DNA of 32,000 nt from Pyrobaculum aerophilum str. IM2 (GCF_000007225.1 NC_003364.1:1800001-1832000), one strand, 5' to 3'; shown: positions 1 to 10,368, counted from the first letter of the stretch. The notes: generated by a model from the sequence alone, not told the origin. Made by a program: numbers and translations.

Positions 1-553
1 GCTATTTTAAGCGTCTTGGCGGCTTCGTTTAAAGCGTTGTAAAACCCCCACTGGGCTATTTGTTTAACGAGCTTGCGCGGAAGTAGCGAAATCCCGCCGA
101 ATATCCATTGCCCCTCACCCCCCACTTTTTCAAGATAGCCGCCGGCCTTGGCCTCTAATACGCCGTATCCTTTAATGCTCTTTCTGGGAACTGCGATTAC
201 TGCGCCGTCAGCTCCGGCGGTTACTGCGGCCTCAACTACCGCTCTGTAGGCGGAGTTATCAGTGTAGACGTCTCCGTAGGCCAATAATATGTGAGTCTCT
301 GCCCCTATGTAAGATTCGGCAGATGCTATAGCCTGCTCTATGCCCTCCCCCCTCTCCTCTATGTAAGTATACGGCAGTTTCTCGGGGTGGGGCGTCACCA
401 CATACGCCTTGCCGAAAAGCGACGTTAAGGCCTCAGCGGCGTAGTGATAGAGCCTCTTGCCCCCTATCTTTACATAAGTCTTTGGGAGGGGACCTGTCAG
501 TTTTTCAAACGCCCCAGGCCTCCCTCCCGCCAATACCACCGGCGCTATTTTCA
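1..553 (-). CDS. Sugar-phosphate nucleotidyltransferase (N-terminal 184 codons; 3' end runs off the window)
   Basis: Reverse translation from the ATG at 553 gives MKIAPVVLAGGRPGAFEKLTGPLPKTYVKIGGKRL.... This contains the LAGGxG nucleotide-binding signature of NTP-transferase-fold enzymes. The start lies 2 nt after the glmS stop, so the genes are probably co-transcribed. Confidence 0.6.
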
Positions 554-555
554 TA

Positions 556-2364
556 TCACTCCACCGTGACTGTTTTCGCCAGATTTCTAGGCTTGTCGGG
601 GTCGTAGCCCCTTTCCACCGCTGTGAAATACGCCAACATTTGCAACGGTATCACGTGGAGTATTGGCGCGAATAATTCGCTGGTCTGAGGCACTTCTATT
701 GCCACGTCCAGCTTTTTCGCGTAGTCGCTTCTGGCGGGCACTGTGCCTATAGTTAATGCCCCCCTCGCCTTCATCTCCGCCACGTTGCTCAGCGTCTTCT
801 CGCCGGTGTTGGGATCTGAGAAGACGAATATTACGGGGAAGCCCTCTTCTACAAGCGCTATAGGGCCGTGTTTTGACTCGCCCGCGGGATAGGCCTCGGC
901 GTGTAAATACGCCACTTCTTTAAGTTTCAACGCCCCCTCCATGGCGACGGGCAAGGCGGCACCCCTCCCCAAATAGTAAGCGCTGTGCCTCTGCCTCAGT
1001 CTCTTGGCCAGCTCTTTAGCAGTGCCGGCGGTTTTCTCTATTGTTTTCCTCGCCAAGTCGGGAACGGCTTTCAGCTCCCGCTGATGTTCAGCAACGTCGT
1101 GGCCCAAGGCCCTCAGCGCTGTGAGGTATACCGCGGCCAGCGTCAATACTTGCGTCGTGAAGGTCTTCGTAGCGGCTACTCCGATCTCCGGTCCGGCTCT
1201 TGTGTAGAGCACCACGTCGCTCTCTCTCGACAAAGTGCTACCCACTACGTTAGTGACGGCAACAACCTTCACCCCCCTCTCCCTCATGGCCTTAACTGCC
1301 TTTATTGTGTCAATAGTCTCCCCGGACTGGGAAATCGCAATAGCCAAGTCGTCTTTGTCGTATAGGTCTTCATAAATGGCATATTCCGAGGAAATTACGG
1401 GTATGGGGGTTATCCTCAGCCTCGGGAGGATAAAGGCGAGAGTGAGCCCTGCGTGGTAAGACGTTCCGGCCCCCACTATATATACGTTCCTTGCGGCAAG
1501 GAGGGCGTTAGCCACGGTCTCTATCTGCGCCGGCTCGAGGCCTGCCGCCGTCGACGCCAGAGACTCGGGCTGTTCGTAAATCTCCTTCAACATGAAATGG
1601 GGATAGCCGCCCTTAGTCGCCATCTCAGCGCTCCAGGGGATTTCCTCGATCCTGGCCGCTACATCTTGCGGCACGCCGTCGGCTTCAATATACACTTCGC
1701 CGGCCGTTATATAGCCGTACTCCCCGTCTCTCACCGCAATAACCCTTTTAGTGTGGTCTAGTACTGTGGGGATGTCGCTTGCCACTATATTAAACCCCTC
1801 GCCCACGCCTATAATCAGCGGCGACAAATTTCTGGCGAAGTATATGGCCCGGGGATTTTCGGCGTCTATAAGAGCAATGGCATATGCCCCTCTTACTCTT
1901 GACAGCGCTTTTTTAAACGCCGAGAAGGTGTCCAGCCCCTGTTTCTTGTACTCCTCCACTAAGTGGGCAATGACCTCTGTGTCTGTCTCCGAGCGAAATA
2001 CGTGGCCTCTTTTCATTAGCTCCTCCTTTAACTCGGCGTACTTCTCAATAATGCCGTTGTGCACAACGGCGATTACGCCTCTACAATCCACATGAGGGTG
2101 CGCGTTGACTTGGTCGGGCTTGCCGTGAGTGGCCCACCTAGTATGAGCAAGCCCCACCACTCCTTGAAGCGAATCAAAGCCATAGCGCTGAGCCACTTCA
2201 GCAACTTTGCCGGCGTCTTTTTTCACCACAAGCCCCCTGTCCACCACGGCAACGCCGGCTGAGTCATATCCCCTGTATTCAAGCCTCTCCAGCCCCCTTC
2301 TCAATATCTCCCCAAGCGGCCTCCTCGGCCTTTCTGCAAAGATAATGCCGAAAATCCCGCACAC
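556..2364 (-). CDS. glmS: Glutamine--fructose-6-phosphate aminotransferase (isomerising)
   Basis: 602-aa ORF. The N-terminus is MCGIFG (Cys2 Ntn glutaminase nucleophile). It is followed by two SIS-type isomerase halves and the typical C-terminal ...AKTVTVE. Confidence 0.95.
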   Translation of the reverse strand: MCGIFGIIFAERPRRPLGEILRRGLERLEYRGYDSAGVAVVDRGLVVKKDAGKVAEVAQRYGFDSLQGVVGLAHTRWATHGKPDQVNAHPHVDCRGVIAVVHNGIIEKYAELKEELMKRGHVFRSETDTEVIAHLVEEYKKQGLDTFSAFKKALSRVRGAYAIALIDAENPRAIYFARNLSPLIIGVGEGFNIVASDIPTVLDHTKRVIAVRDGEYGYITAGEVYIEADGVPQDVAARIEEIPWSAEMATKGGYPHFMLKEIYEQPESLASTAAGLEPAQIETVANALLAARNVYIVGAGTSYHAGLTLAFILPRLRITPIPVISSEYAIYEDLYDKDDLAIAISQSGETIDTIKAVKAMRERGVKVVAVTNVVGSTLSRESDVVLYTRAGPEIGVAATKTFTTQVLTLAAVYLTALRALGHDVAEHQRELKAVPDLARKTIEKTAGTAKELAKRLRQRHSAYYLGRGAALPVAMEGALKLKEVAYLHAEAYPAGESKHGPIALVEEGFPVIFVFSDPNTGEKTLSNVAEMKARGALTIGTVPARSDYAKKLDVAIEVPQTSELFAPILHVIPLQMLAYFTAVERGYDPDKPRNLAKTVTVE

Positions 2365-2424
2365 AGCCCAGTATTACCCATTATATATTAAATTTCCTTT
2401 ATCAGAGCCGCTGAAGGCCGTTCA

Positions 2425-3420
2425 TCAATCGCCTGAACCTCTACTCATCACCGGCACTTCTCTACACGGCAGTTTAATATTATCACACTTCCCCAAGACG
2501 TACACAACGTTTGGCTTTAATAACTCCGCCAAGGCGTATATAGGCTTTGTGACGTTATAAATCGGGGCTTTTATCACGGCGCCTGCGGCGAATTTATGCC
2601 CCCCTCCCCCCATTTTTGAGGCTATTTCGGCGCAGTTGTATCTGCCCTCTTTATGCGCGCCGCAGTACAGCCTGTAAGTCCTGTACCCCCTCCTCACTAA
2701 TATGTTGACAAATTGAACGCCCCTCTTCTCCAGCTCTATGGTTAACATGCGGTAAGAGATGCCGAGTCTCACGGGAGAATATATAAACAGAGACTCCTCG
2801 AGGGGAAGCAACTCGGCGATTTTCAACAAGAAGTTGTGTCTCTCAATGCCCCTCTCCGCCAGTTTTTTTAAAGGCCCCTCCTCAAGCGCCGCCAGCCCCC
2901 TCACAGCGAGGAGATCCACAATGGCGTATTTCTCCCCCCTCCCGGCGTATCTAACGGCGAGGTCAAGCAGCCTCACCCGTTGATCTGTTATATTTGCCGT
3001 GTCTGTCTGAACAGCGGCCTCCACTAGCTCCTTAGCTACCGCGTCGTTTTCCAAGCCCAGGGCCTTGGCGGCCAAGACCGCGGCTGCCGGCGCATTGGGG
3101 TCGTAATACTCCGCCTCGGCGCACGGCTTGTTAGTTACGTGGTGATCAGCCCTCACCTTGGCCTTTCCGGGGCAGGGCAAGTCGGCGACAAAATCCCACG
3201 TAAACGCCCTCACCCACCACTTTTTCACATCAGAGGGGCCGACGAGAATTACCACTCCCTCCGGATGCCTCTTTTTAAACAACGCAGCCGACGCTAAGCC
3301 GTCTACGTCTCCAACATCGCACAGGGCGATAGGCCTCCCCCTGAGCTTTGCCAAGAGGGCCCGCAGAGCTATCATACTCTCCCACTGCCCACTAGTCCCA
3401 CGCCCTTGCACAAAGGCCAT
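2425..3420 (-). CDS. DHH-family phosphoesterase (NrnA/RecJ-like)
   Basis: 331 aa. It has a DHH motif (RADHHVTN) and a DHHA1-type GGGGHKFAAGA motif near the C-terminus. Confidence 0.75.
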   Translation of the reverse strand: MAFVQGRGTSGQWESMIALRALLAKLRGRPIALCDVGDVDGLASAALFKKRHPEGVVILVGPSDVKKWWVRAFTWDFVADLPCPGKAKVRADHHVTNKPCAEAEYYDPNAPAAAVLAAKALGLENDAVAKELVEAAVQTDTANITDQRVRLLDLAVRYAGRGEKYAIVDLLAVRGLAALEEGPLKKLAERGIERHNFLLKIAELLPLEESLFIYSPVRLGISYRMLTIELEKRGVQFVNILVRRGYRTYRLYCGAHKEGRYNCAEIASKMGGGGHKFAAGAVIKAPIYNVTKPIYALAELLKPNVVYVLGKCDNIKLPCREVPVMSRGSGD

Positions 3421-3490
3421 TTTAATATTACCACCTGCGGCATGGATAGCTGGGACTTTAAGTATATATTTTAAGTCTTTACTAACTGCG

Positions 3491-4024
3491 TTGAAGTTGG
3501 GCTACATTGGGCGGAGGAGTATATTCGACGTGGTCAAGAGAATAGCATTTAACATAGCTCTGTTTGAGAAGGGGGATATAACTGTGGTAGACGCGGGGAT
3601 TAGGGAGCGGGGGGATATCGTACTCCGCTGCGGCGACTACCGTTGCGTCGCGCTTGAAATGTTCACCTCGCTCCCCAGAATTCTCGGCGGGGGCAAGCTC
3701 GGCGTAGACCTAGGCACTTCTAAAAACGGCGTTGTGTATGTGTGGAGCGGGGAGCCGTTGCTACACGCTGTGCTGGACTGGCCCAGCGTAGAGGCTATTT
3801 TGAAAAACACAAATAACTTAGAGGTGCACATTGGCGCCTCTCCGTACGTCGACGTGAAAAAAGCCGCCTCCCTCCTCAATTGCAACAAGGTGAGATTAGT
3901 TGACGAGCTAACCGCCAGCTGGTCCAGGAGGTGGCTCAGGGGCAAATACCCCTACTTAGAGGAAGACGAAATCGACGCTCTGTCTTTCACCTACTACGAC
4001 GGGATAGCGGCGTCTATATGCTAA
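3491..4024 (+). CDS. Hypothetical protein with a C-terminal YqgF/RuvX-like (RNase H fold) nuclease motif set
   Basis: The in-frame TTG at 3491 lies about 25 nt after the TATA box tatatatttta (3462-3472). The track ORF start at 3158 overlaps the DHH gene and is rejected. Motifs in order: GVDLGTSKNGVV, VHIGASP, VRLVDELT, EIDALS. An alternative start is the ATG at 3659. Confidence 0.5.
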   Translation: MKLGYIGRRSIFDVVKRIAFNIALFEKGDITVVDAGIRERGDIVLRCGDYRCVALEMFTSLPRILGGGKLGVDLGTSKNGVVYVWSGEPLLHAVLDWPSVEAILKNTNNLEVHIGASPYVDVKKAASLLNCNKVRLVDELTASWSRRWLRGKYPYLEEDEIDALSFTYYDGIAASIC

Positions 4025-4064
4025 TATTACCTACAAACTTTTAATAACTGAGGCGGCCGTAGAG

Positions 4065-4250
4065 GTGGTGTATGTAATAAAATGCGACTCGTGCGGCTTT
4101 ATTCTCTACCGAGGAGAGGAGCCTAAAACCGTGGAGGCCGTTTTAAAAATGTGGGGCGGGACGTGCCCCAAGTGCATGTCCCCCCTTGAGAGAAGGCCGA
4201 TAAAAATTGCAATTGGGCTAATTGGGAGGCGGAGAGGCGCACCTGCGTAA
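4065..4250 (+). CDS. Small zinc-ribbon protein
   Basis: 61 aa with two Cys pairs (CDSCG...CPKC). A TATA-like cttttaataac sits about 25 nt upstream of the GTG start. Confidence 0.5.
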   Translation: MVYVIKCDSCGFILYRGEEPKTVEAVLKMWGGTCPKCMSPLERRPIKIAIGLIGRRRGAPA

Positions 4251-4296
4251 AACGCAAAGTGAGTTAAAAATAAATTTAGGGCCGTTCCCCCACTTT

Positions 4297-6654
4297 ATGG
4301 ACAAAAAAGAAAAGACGTCACCCCTGCGGCGGCCTGCGGAAAGCCTCCTCGTAGTGGTGCCAGCCCTCCTCGCGATGTTCGCCATAGCTTTATACGCCAG
4401 GATGTACAGAGTATTTCTATGGGGGTGGTGGCTTGACGAGTTTGACCCCTACATCAGATACTACCTCGCCAAATACACCCTTCAACACGGCGTAGGGTGG
4501 TGGTGGAGCGGGGCGCACTTTACGCAGTTCTGGTATCCATACGGCGTAGACTGGGGAAAGGTCCTCCTGCCTGGAACATCTTTCTACGGCCTATTTGTGC
4601 ACTCAATTCTGGCCCCCTTCGGCGTGGATTTGTGGCACGCAGTGATAGCGGCGCCGGCTATTATGAACGCCCTAGCCGTCTTCTCGGCGTTTTATTTGGG
4701 GTATAGAATAGGCGGCCAGCTCGGCGTCGCTAACGGCGGGATTAGAGTAGGGCTCATAACGGCTTTGCTCGTCGCCATAATGCCGGCGTATATTGAACGC
4801 GGCTTATCCGCTTGGTTTGACGACGAGCCCATCAGCCTCTTCCTAATCCCCCTGGGCCTCGCCCTCCTAATAGACGGGCTGAAAAGGCCATGGGCTGGCG
4901 CCTTGGCTGGAGCGGCCCTGGGCTATATAGCGTGGACTTGGGGGGCGCATTTCTACTTGTGGAATCTAGTCGGCCTATACGCCCTGGTCCTCCCCACGTA
5001 TTACTACTTAAAACTTGTCTTCACTAGAAGCCAGAGAGCCGCCAGGAAGGGAAGGCAACAGACTCCTCAACCGTTGGAATTGCCCTTCAGCGCGAGGAAT
5101 TTATTTCTATCTTACCTGTTGTTCTACGTCGTCTACGCCCTGTTTGTTGCCACAATACCCCGTTACGGCGTTGAGAGTTTAATAAGCGCTTTTAACATCC
5201 TACCCACCTTCGGCCTCGTCGTTACGGCGACGGTTTGGCTATTAGACAAATTATTAGGCGCCGCCCGCACCGTAGAGCTCCTCAGGAGGTACGTCTGGAT
5301 CATACTCGCGCTGGCGCTAGCCGGAGTATTGGTTTTTATAACCGCAGTGGCCATGGGCCTTATAGGGGGGAAGTTCTTAGCCACTCTGCTCCCGTTCGGG
5401 AGGTCTGCCATTGTGGCCAGCGTGGCTGAGCACAGCACAACGCAGTTCTACCAGATCCTCATCCGGTACGGCCCCGTCTTGCCCTTCATAATCGCCTCAG
5501 TCCCCTACCTCTTCACGCCAGGGGGGTTAATCGCGCTGTCCTACCTCCTCACGGCCAGCTACGCCGCCGCTACCATGGTCCGCCTATTAGTATTGCTGGC
5601 GCCTATTGCCGCAGTAACAGCCGCAATCGGCATCGTGAAATTATTAGACAGCAAAAGGCTTGGCTTCTTGGCACTGGCGGCCTCCACAATTTCACTCGTG
5701 ATATTGCTGGTCTCCGCCTTCAGCGTCGCCTCACAGCCCACACAAATAGTCACATCGGCTGTCGGCTTTGTCAGCGACGACTTCCTCGACGCCTTGATGT
5801 GGCTAAAAACTAGGTTACCGCCCTACGAGCCGGTGGCCTCGTGGTGGGACTACGGCTACTGGATCTCCGTCGTTGGCAACAAGACCAGTCTGGCTGACAA
5901 CTCCACTATAAACGCGACGCAAATAGGCAAAATAGGACTCGGCATGATGGCGCCGCCGGAAATCGGCGCCAGTATTTTCACTAAACAGTTCAAAACTAAG
6001 TATATTTTGGCGATAATGCCATATTCCACTTATCGAATTACTCTACAAACACAATTAGTGCCTGTATTAGTGCACGATTATCCCCCTGGGGGAGATTTCT
6101 TAAAGTCCTACTGGATGACGCGAATAGCGCTTGAGAACGTCAAGGAAGCGGCCTCTATACTAGGGGCATCTCCAGGCATGAGCCCTGACGATTTCATTTA
6201 CACTAGAGTTATGTCCTATCCCGGACCCCCGCCTGGCTCATATGCCTATTTCACAATAGAGGGGAATTACTACCCCGTTCCTCTCAATCTCAATAGGACT
6301 TTGTACGCCATGTTGTTCTCAAAGGTGAGGTTCTTCCCCATATACGGCAACAATACTCAATATTTGTCGTGGATATTTGAAGGCGTTGAGCAGGGCGGGG
6401 CCTTCACCTCATTTAGAAGATTACAACTAACGGGCGGCAACGTCTACTTGCCAGTTGACGCAACTCAGAGGCTACAGGGTATAACGACCTATGTAATACA
6501 GGGGTGGACTCTGCGCGGAGTAGATGTAGTAATCGACCCGCTTACTGGGAGGACGGAAAATATACCATTTATAACTGCGCAGACAGGGCCATTGAGGCTT
6601 GTTTACGTCTCTAGGCCGAACGGCTGGGTAGTCGTCTATCAAATTACGACGTGA
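4297..6654 (+). CDS. aglB: Dolichyl-(mono)phosphooligosaccharide-protein glycosyltransferase AglB (STT3 family)
   Basis: Contains the catalytic WWDYGYW motif, with a polytopic membrane N-terminal half and a soluble C-terminal domain. The ATG at 4297 (MDKKEK...) follows the TATA-like ttaaaaataaattta. The track start at 4222 overlaps the previous ORF. Confidence 0.9.
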   Translation: MDKKEKTSPLRRPAESLLVVVPALLAMFAIALYARMYRVFLWGWWLDEFDPYIRYYLAKYTLQHGVGWWWSGAHFTQFWYPYGVDWGKVLLPGTSFYGLFVHSILAPFGVDLWHAVIAAPAIMNALAVFSAFYLGYRIGGQLGVANGGIRVGLITALLVAIMPAYIERGLSAWFDDEPISLFLIPLGLALLIDGLKRPWAGALAGAALGYIAWTWGAHFYLWNLVGLYALVLPTYYYLKLVFTRSQRAARKGRQQTPQPLELPFSARNLFLSYLLFYVVYALFVATIPRYGVESLISAFNILPTFGLVVTATVWLLDKLLGAARTVELLRRYVWIILALALAGVLVFITAVAMGLIGGKFLATLLPFGRSAIVASVAEHSTTQFYQILIRYGPVLPFIIASVPYLFTPGGLIALSYLLTASYAAATMVRLLVLLAPIAAVTAAIGIVKLLDSKRLGFLALAASTISLVILLVSAFSVASQPTQIVTSAVGFVSDDFLDALMWLKTRLPPYEPVASWWDYGYWISVVGNKTSLADNSTINATQIGKIGLGMMAPPEIGASIFTKQFKTKYILAIMPYSTYRITLQTQLVPVLVHDYPPGGDFLKSYWMTRIALENVKEAASILGASPGMSPDDFIYTRVMSYPGPPPGSYAYFTIEGNYYPVPLNLNRTLYAMLFSKVRFFPIYGNNTQYLSWIFEGVEQGGAFTSFRRLQLTGGNVYLPVDATQRLQGITTYVIQGWTLRGVDVVIDPLTGRTENIPFITAQTGPLRLVYVSRPNGWVVVYQITT

Positions 6655-6862
6655 GATCTCTCAAAAGCCTCTCCTTAGTCTCGTCGCGGATTGGGAGCTT
6701 TCCCATTAATAGTTTTTGGAGTATTCTGTATTTCTGATATTTGTCCTCTGGGGAGAATTTAGGCGGGTGGGGAACTCTTACAGCGCCTCCGCACCTAGGG
6801 CATTTGTCTTTTGACAGAGTATACTCCCCGCAGTTAACACAGCGGCGTAAAAGAGATTTCAT
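6644..6862 (-). CDS. nop10: H/ACA RNP component Nop10
   Basis: 72 aa. CVNCGEYTL...CPRCGG...HPPKFSPEDKYQKYR is the Nop10 zinc-ribbon plus PxKFSPxDxY signature. It lies directly downstream of aIF2-alpha, the conserved archaeal arrangement. Confidence 0.9.
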   Translation of the reverse strand: MKSLLRRCVNCGEYTLSKDKCPRCGGAVRVPHPPKFSPEDKYQKYRILQKLLMGKLPIRDETKERLLRDLTS

Positions 6863-7656
6863 TGTTCAATGCGCTGTATATTCCCAATTACCTTGTACTT
6901 CTTCTGCAAAGCTTGGAGTATATTCGCCGCCTCTGAGAAAGCAGCCTCGACTTGTTTAGGCTGTTGGCCTGTCAGGTCAATTCGGTAGCGGGGGGGACCT
7001 ACTACATATATCTTTGTCGATATCTGTGGGAATTTCTCCCGAAGCGTTTTCTCAAGCTCTATAAGAGCCGCTTTAATTTTCTCAACGCCGTCGCCCTCAA
7101 CGCTTACTATTTTTATAATGCCCGATATTTTTGTCGGCGGGAGCTCTACTTGTTGCCTTGCGAGTTCAATAATTATCTCCTTCAGCTTAGCGTCCAGCTG
7201 GAGGTCGTCCAGAACATGAGGGCCCGTCTTGACTACCTCTTCAAATACTTTAAACGGGTCGCCGAATTGCTCCTCTAAATACCACATTACCTTGAGGGCC
7301 TCCTCGGCGGGCCGGTTTAACTTCTTCATCGCTATTTCCAAAAGCTTCAAGACCCTAACTCTATGCCTATATAGCAACAGCTTTTTCTCCTTCTCGTCTA
7401 CACGGACTCGCTTTAAAGACACCTCCACAACTCTCATTTTTGGATTCACGCTGATTACTTTAAACACCGTCTTGTTGCCCTCTTTCACGTAGTCTCTAAT
7501 AGAGTGAAACCACGACTGGACAATCTCCTGGGTAGGGGCAAAGGCCTCTAAGTCGTACTCGTCGAGGTATACATAAGCCCCGTGTTCTGCTATTTTCTTA
7601 ACAGTGCCTATGACCAGCTCACCCACATCTGGGAACTCTTTTTTCACAAGCCGCAT
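6859..7656 (-). CDS. eif2a: Translation initiation factor aIF-2 alpha subunit
   Basis: 265 aa with an N-terminal S1 domain (PDVGELVIGTVKKIAEHGAYVYLDEY). Length and context (rps27e upstream, nop10 downstream) fit. A TATA box gttttataagac sits about 25 nt upstream. Confidence 0.9.
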   Translation of the reverse strand: MRLVKKEFPDVGELVIGTVKKIAEHGAYVYLDEYDLEAFAPTQEIVQSWFHSIRDYVKEGNKTVFKVISVNPKMRVVEVSLKRVRVDEKEKKLLLYRHRVRVLKLLEIAMKKLNRPAEEALKVMWYLEEQFGDPFKVFEEVVKTGPHVLDDLQLDAKLKEIIIELARQQVELPPTKISGIIKIVSVEGDGVEKIKAALIELEKTLREKFPQISTKIYVVGPPRYRIDLTGQQPKQVEAAFSEAANILQALQKKYKVIGNIQRIEQ

Positions 7657-7696
7657 AAGCGATAAGTTAAGAGTCTTATAAAACCGTTAAAGGGGG

Positions 7697-7900
7697 CTAT
7701 TCCAGTACTTTAACGACGTGGCCGGCCAGCTTGGCCTTCCCCCCCGTGGGAATTGCCAAGACGCGGCCGCAGACAAGACAGCGGACCACCATGGCGGCGT
7801 GGCTGAAGGTGATTTGCTCGTTGCCGCAGTCTGGACACCTGGTCTTTATGAATTTCGACTTGGGCTGTGGTATTAGGACTTTGCTAAATCTAACTGGCAT
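7697..7900 (-). CDS. rps27e: 30S ribosomal protein S27e
   Basis: 67 aa with a C4 zinc ribbon (CPDCGNEQ...CLVCGRVL). Confidence 0.9.
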   Translation of the reverse strand: MPVRFSKVLIPQPKSKFIKTRCPDCGNEQITFSHAAMVVRCLVCGRVLAIPTGGKAKLAGHVVKVLE

Positions 7901-7901
7901 A

Positions 7902-8177
7902 TTATACCAGTTCTACTTTCTTCATTCTGCCCAAGCTCTTAATTATCTTATATCCGCATTTGCTACAGGTAAACACCAGCGTAACTTTCTTGTTGACTTT
8001 CGCAAAGCGTTTTTGCTTCGGCTTAGGCGTTGAGCCATAGCCCTTCAGCTTTCTCTCATATCTGCGCTGACCTTCTGCCAAACTACGCCTCTGCCCTGCG
8101 TGGTAGTTCGAAACGTTGTGTTTCGTGTAAGCATTACAACGGGGACAGTACATATTTACGCTCTTGGGAAAGCGCAT
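7902..8177 (-). CDS. rpl44e: 50S ribosomal protein L44e (eL42)
   Basis: 91 aa. [20 protein letters not shown]...[14 protein letters not shown]...CSKCG matches the L44e pattern. A TATA box aaaatttatatc lies upstream. Confidence 0.9.
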   Translation of the reverse strand: MRFPKSVNMYCPRCNAYTKHNVSNYHAGQRRSLAEGQRRYERKLKGYGSTPKPKQKRFAKVNKKVTLVFTCSKCGYKIIKSLGRMKKVELV

Positions 8178-8208
8178 GCTCTTTTTGCAACAATCGGTGA
8201 TATAAATT

Positions 8209-8703
8209 TTACGCGCCTAGAAACCTCCTCGCCACGCCCCTTTCCTCCAAGTCTTTGGCGTCTCTCAGCGGGAGCTTGGCTAAATCCCCCCTTGAAAAAG
8301 GCCCTATCTGGACGAAGTCCTCTGTGACAATCGCCGGGTGGGAGGTTAAAAATTGGACTACTACGTAGTGTTGTGCCCTCTTTTTCTGCACGCCGGCGTG
8401 TCGTATTTTTACAATCGGCCTAATCAGCCTCTCCTCCTCGGCGGTGACTCTGCTCGGCTCTCTGCCTTGGCTTAACTCCCATATTATTTTCCTAAGCCGT
8501 AGCTCCATAATAGTGAGGAGGGTTGAGGATATGTGTTCTTTTATCTGGTCTTGTAAACTCTGCGGCAAGGGGGAGTTTTGCAACTCTTTTACATACTGCT
8601 CGGCTATTTCCGCGTAGGAATTAAAGGGGGGATCGGAGAGGACGCGGGAGTTTATCTCCGCCAGTAGCCAAAGCCTAAGTTTTTCAATCATATATTTTCC
8701 CAA
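8209..8703 (-). CDS. Probable GINS subunit (Gins15/51-like)
   Basis: 164 aa, helical, with an [10 protein letters not shown]...TAEEERL pattern. It overlaps the 3' end of priS by 20 nt. A gins gene next to priS is the arrangement I recall for Sulfolobus. The call rests mostly on context. Confidence 0.45.
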   Translation of the reverse strand: MGKYMIEKLRLWLLAEINSRVLSDPPFNSYAEIAEQYVKELQNSPLPQSLQDQIKEHISSTLLTIMELRLRKIIWELSQGREPSRVTAEEERLIRPIVKIRHAGVQKKRAQHYVVVQFLTSHPAIVTEDFVQIGPFSRGDLAKLPLRDAKDLEERGVARRFLGA

Positions 8704-9622
8704 ACTCCTGGAGTTCTAAATATATAGCCACATAGGCAGGTAATACTTTGACGTCGCCTTCACGCCCCCCTACTTTTTCAAACAAGACTGGGCCCTCAAC
8801 TGGCTTCTCGAATTTAAATTTCAAATGGCCTTTTCTAAAAGCTATTGCTTTGTCCACAATATACTCAACGCCCTTGTCCAACTCCTTGAGGGAGATGGGC
8901 AACGCCACGAGCCCAGTCTTGCCGTTGAGAGACCCGGGCGCTCTGATCAGCCTGTGTATATCTTGCGTCACGACTTCATCTATTTCTACTTTCATCGCCC
9001 TCGCGTCCTCTACGCCTTGTTTAATTCTCAGCAAATTTCCCACGGCCTCCTCTTCGTATAATACCACCTTCCTCCTTCCCAGTTTTGCTATAAACCGCGA
9101 TGGATCAAACCCCACAGCCTTTAAATAGTTCACAAGCTCTCTCCTCTCCCGGGAGCCCAGTTTCATCACCTCTTCGCTGGAGACATGTATGTGAAAGCCT
9201 CTGTTCCCCGAGAACACTATTCGAGTTGGCTTGAGGTCTAGCTCTTGTATTAACACGTCAATTAGTTTATTCGCCTCCTCTCTGGCGTCTTCTAAACACC
9301 GCAACGACACAATTTTGCTCTCTCTACACGCCTCGGTATCTAAATGATCGCCGTCTATGTCGAAAATCAAATCGGCGCCTATCCACCCCTTTCTCTCCAT
9401 GTCCTCCTCCCCCGGCCTTTCGTAATACGCCGCTGAGTGGTATATATGCCTCGGCGTCTTCTCCACTACAAATTTCCTGAGATCTTCCAGCGATTTAAAC
9501 GACTTGTGCCTAACCATCCCGCCGGAAAAGGGCTGGAAGGCGAACTCCCTCTTATCCACTGCGTCTATTTCAAACTTCGCGAAATTCCTGTAGAAATTGC
9601 GGAAAAATACTTCCACTATCAC
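8684..9622 (-). CDS. priS: DNA primase small (catalytic) subunit PriS
   Basis: 312 aa with the [10 protein letters not shown] and [10 protein letters not shown] catalytic motifs of the archaeo-eukaryotic primase. The GTG start overlaps the PCNA stop (GTGA). Confidence 0.9.
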   Translation of the reverse strand: MIVEVFFRNFYRNFAKFEIDAVDKREFAFQPFSGGMVRHKSFKSLEDLRKFVVEKTPRHIYHSAAYYERPGEEDMERKGWIGADLIFDIDGDHLDTEACRESKIVSLRCLEDAREEANKLIDVLIQELDLKPTRIVFSGNRGFHIHVSSEEVMKLGSRERRELVNYLKAVGFDPSRFIAKLGRRKVVLYEEEAVGNLLRIKQGVEDARAMKVEIDEVVTQDIHRLIRAPGSLNGKTGLVALPISLKELDKGVEYIVDKAIAFRKGHLKFKFEKPVEGPVLFEKVGGREGDVKVLPAYVAIYLELQEFGKIYD

Positions 9623-10368
9623 TCCACCCTCGGCGCGATGAAATATGAGATCTTGCCCCCTGCGGGTATGTCAAATGACAAATAGATGGGCTTTGCCGTT
9701 GCCAGCTCTATAGTAACTATATCGCTTATTTTAGAGGTTTTGCTCGTTATGTCCACTAAGTACTCCAGGGAGAATCTCGCAGAGGCAGGCTCTTTCACGT
9801 CGAATTCATACACTAACTCGCTGTTTTTATCGAGCTTCACCTCCACCTCTCCCTTGTCGCTAGAGGCGCTTATTATAAGCGCCTCCTCGCTGGCTTCAAA
9901 TTTAACCTCATCGGCTACCGCATCTGCGTCTTTCACAGCCGTTGCCAAGACGTCGCTCGCCGCCTTCACCATTGCGGTATACACCACCTTGGGAGTGGGG
10001 AGCTCCTCGCCGACTACCTCAATAGAGGGCACTACAATAGACCTAACAGACTTCCCTATGAGCTTAATCCTCACTCTCCCCTCTTCAAACTCCATTGATA
10101 TCTTATCTCCCTTTTTCACTCTCCTGAGCAATTTTTTCAACTCCTTGAAGTTTAAGCCAAATCTCAGCTCCTCCACCTCGGGGAACTCCTCAAAGGACTC
10201 CTTTGGAATTGCCAAGTCCACCATGGCGGTCCTAGAGACGTCAAGCGCCCGGAGGTATAAGCCGTCGTTGCGTATTAAGAAATTCGCCTCCTCTACGAGT
10301 ACAGATATGGAGTCTATAATATACGCGAACTCCTTGGCGTCAATATAAGTCAGCACTTGCTTAGCCAT
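9619..10368 (-). CDS. pcn: DNA polymerase sliding clamp PCNA
   Basis: 249 aa with two-domain clamp-like sequence (...[27 protein letters not shown]...). A TATA box gtttttaaaaac lies about 25 nt upstream of the ATG. Confidence 0.9.
   Translation of the reverse strand: MAKQVLTYIDAKEFAYIIDSISVLVEEANFLIRNDGLYLRALDVSRTAMVDLAIPKESFEEFPEVEELRFGLNFKELKKLLRRVKKGDKISMEFEEGRVRIKLIGKSVRSIVVPSIEVVGEELPTPKVVYTAMVKAASDVLATAVKDADAVADEVKFEASEEALIISASSDKGEVEVKLDKNSELVYEFDVKEPASARFSLEYLVDITSKTSKISDIVTIELATAKPIYLSFDIPAGGKISYFIAPRVE

Noticed and set aside
985-2560. Five + strand ORFs (67-126 aa) inside or antisense to glmS
   Set aside because: They lie entirely antisense to a full-length, motif-rich glmS. Their composition is low-complexity and S/P/L-rich, which is typical of shadow ORFs in GC-rich DNA. 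The same reasoning applies to antisense ORFs within aglB, aIF2alpha, priS, PCNA, moeA, the ABC genes and the ATPase.
4222-4296. Upstream extension of aglB (track start at 4222)
   Set aside because: It overlaps the zinc-ribbon ORF and precedes the TATA-like box. The ATG at 4297, with MDKKEK and then a TM helix, is a natural N-terminus.
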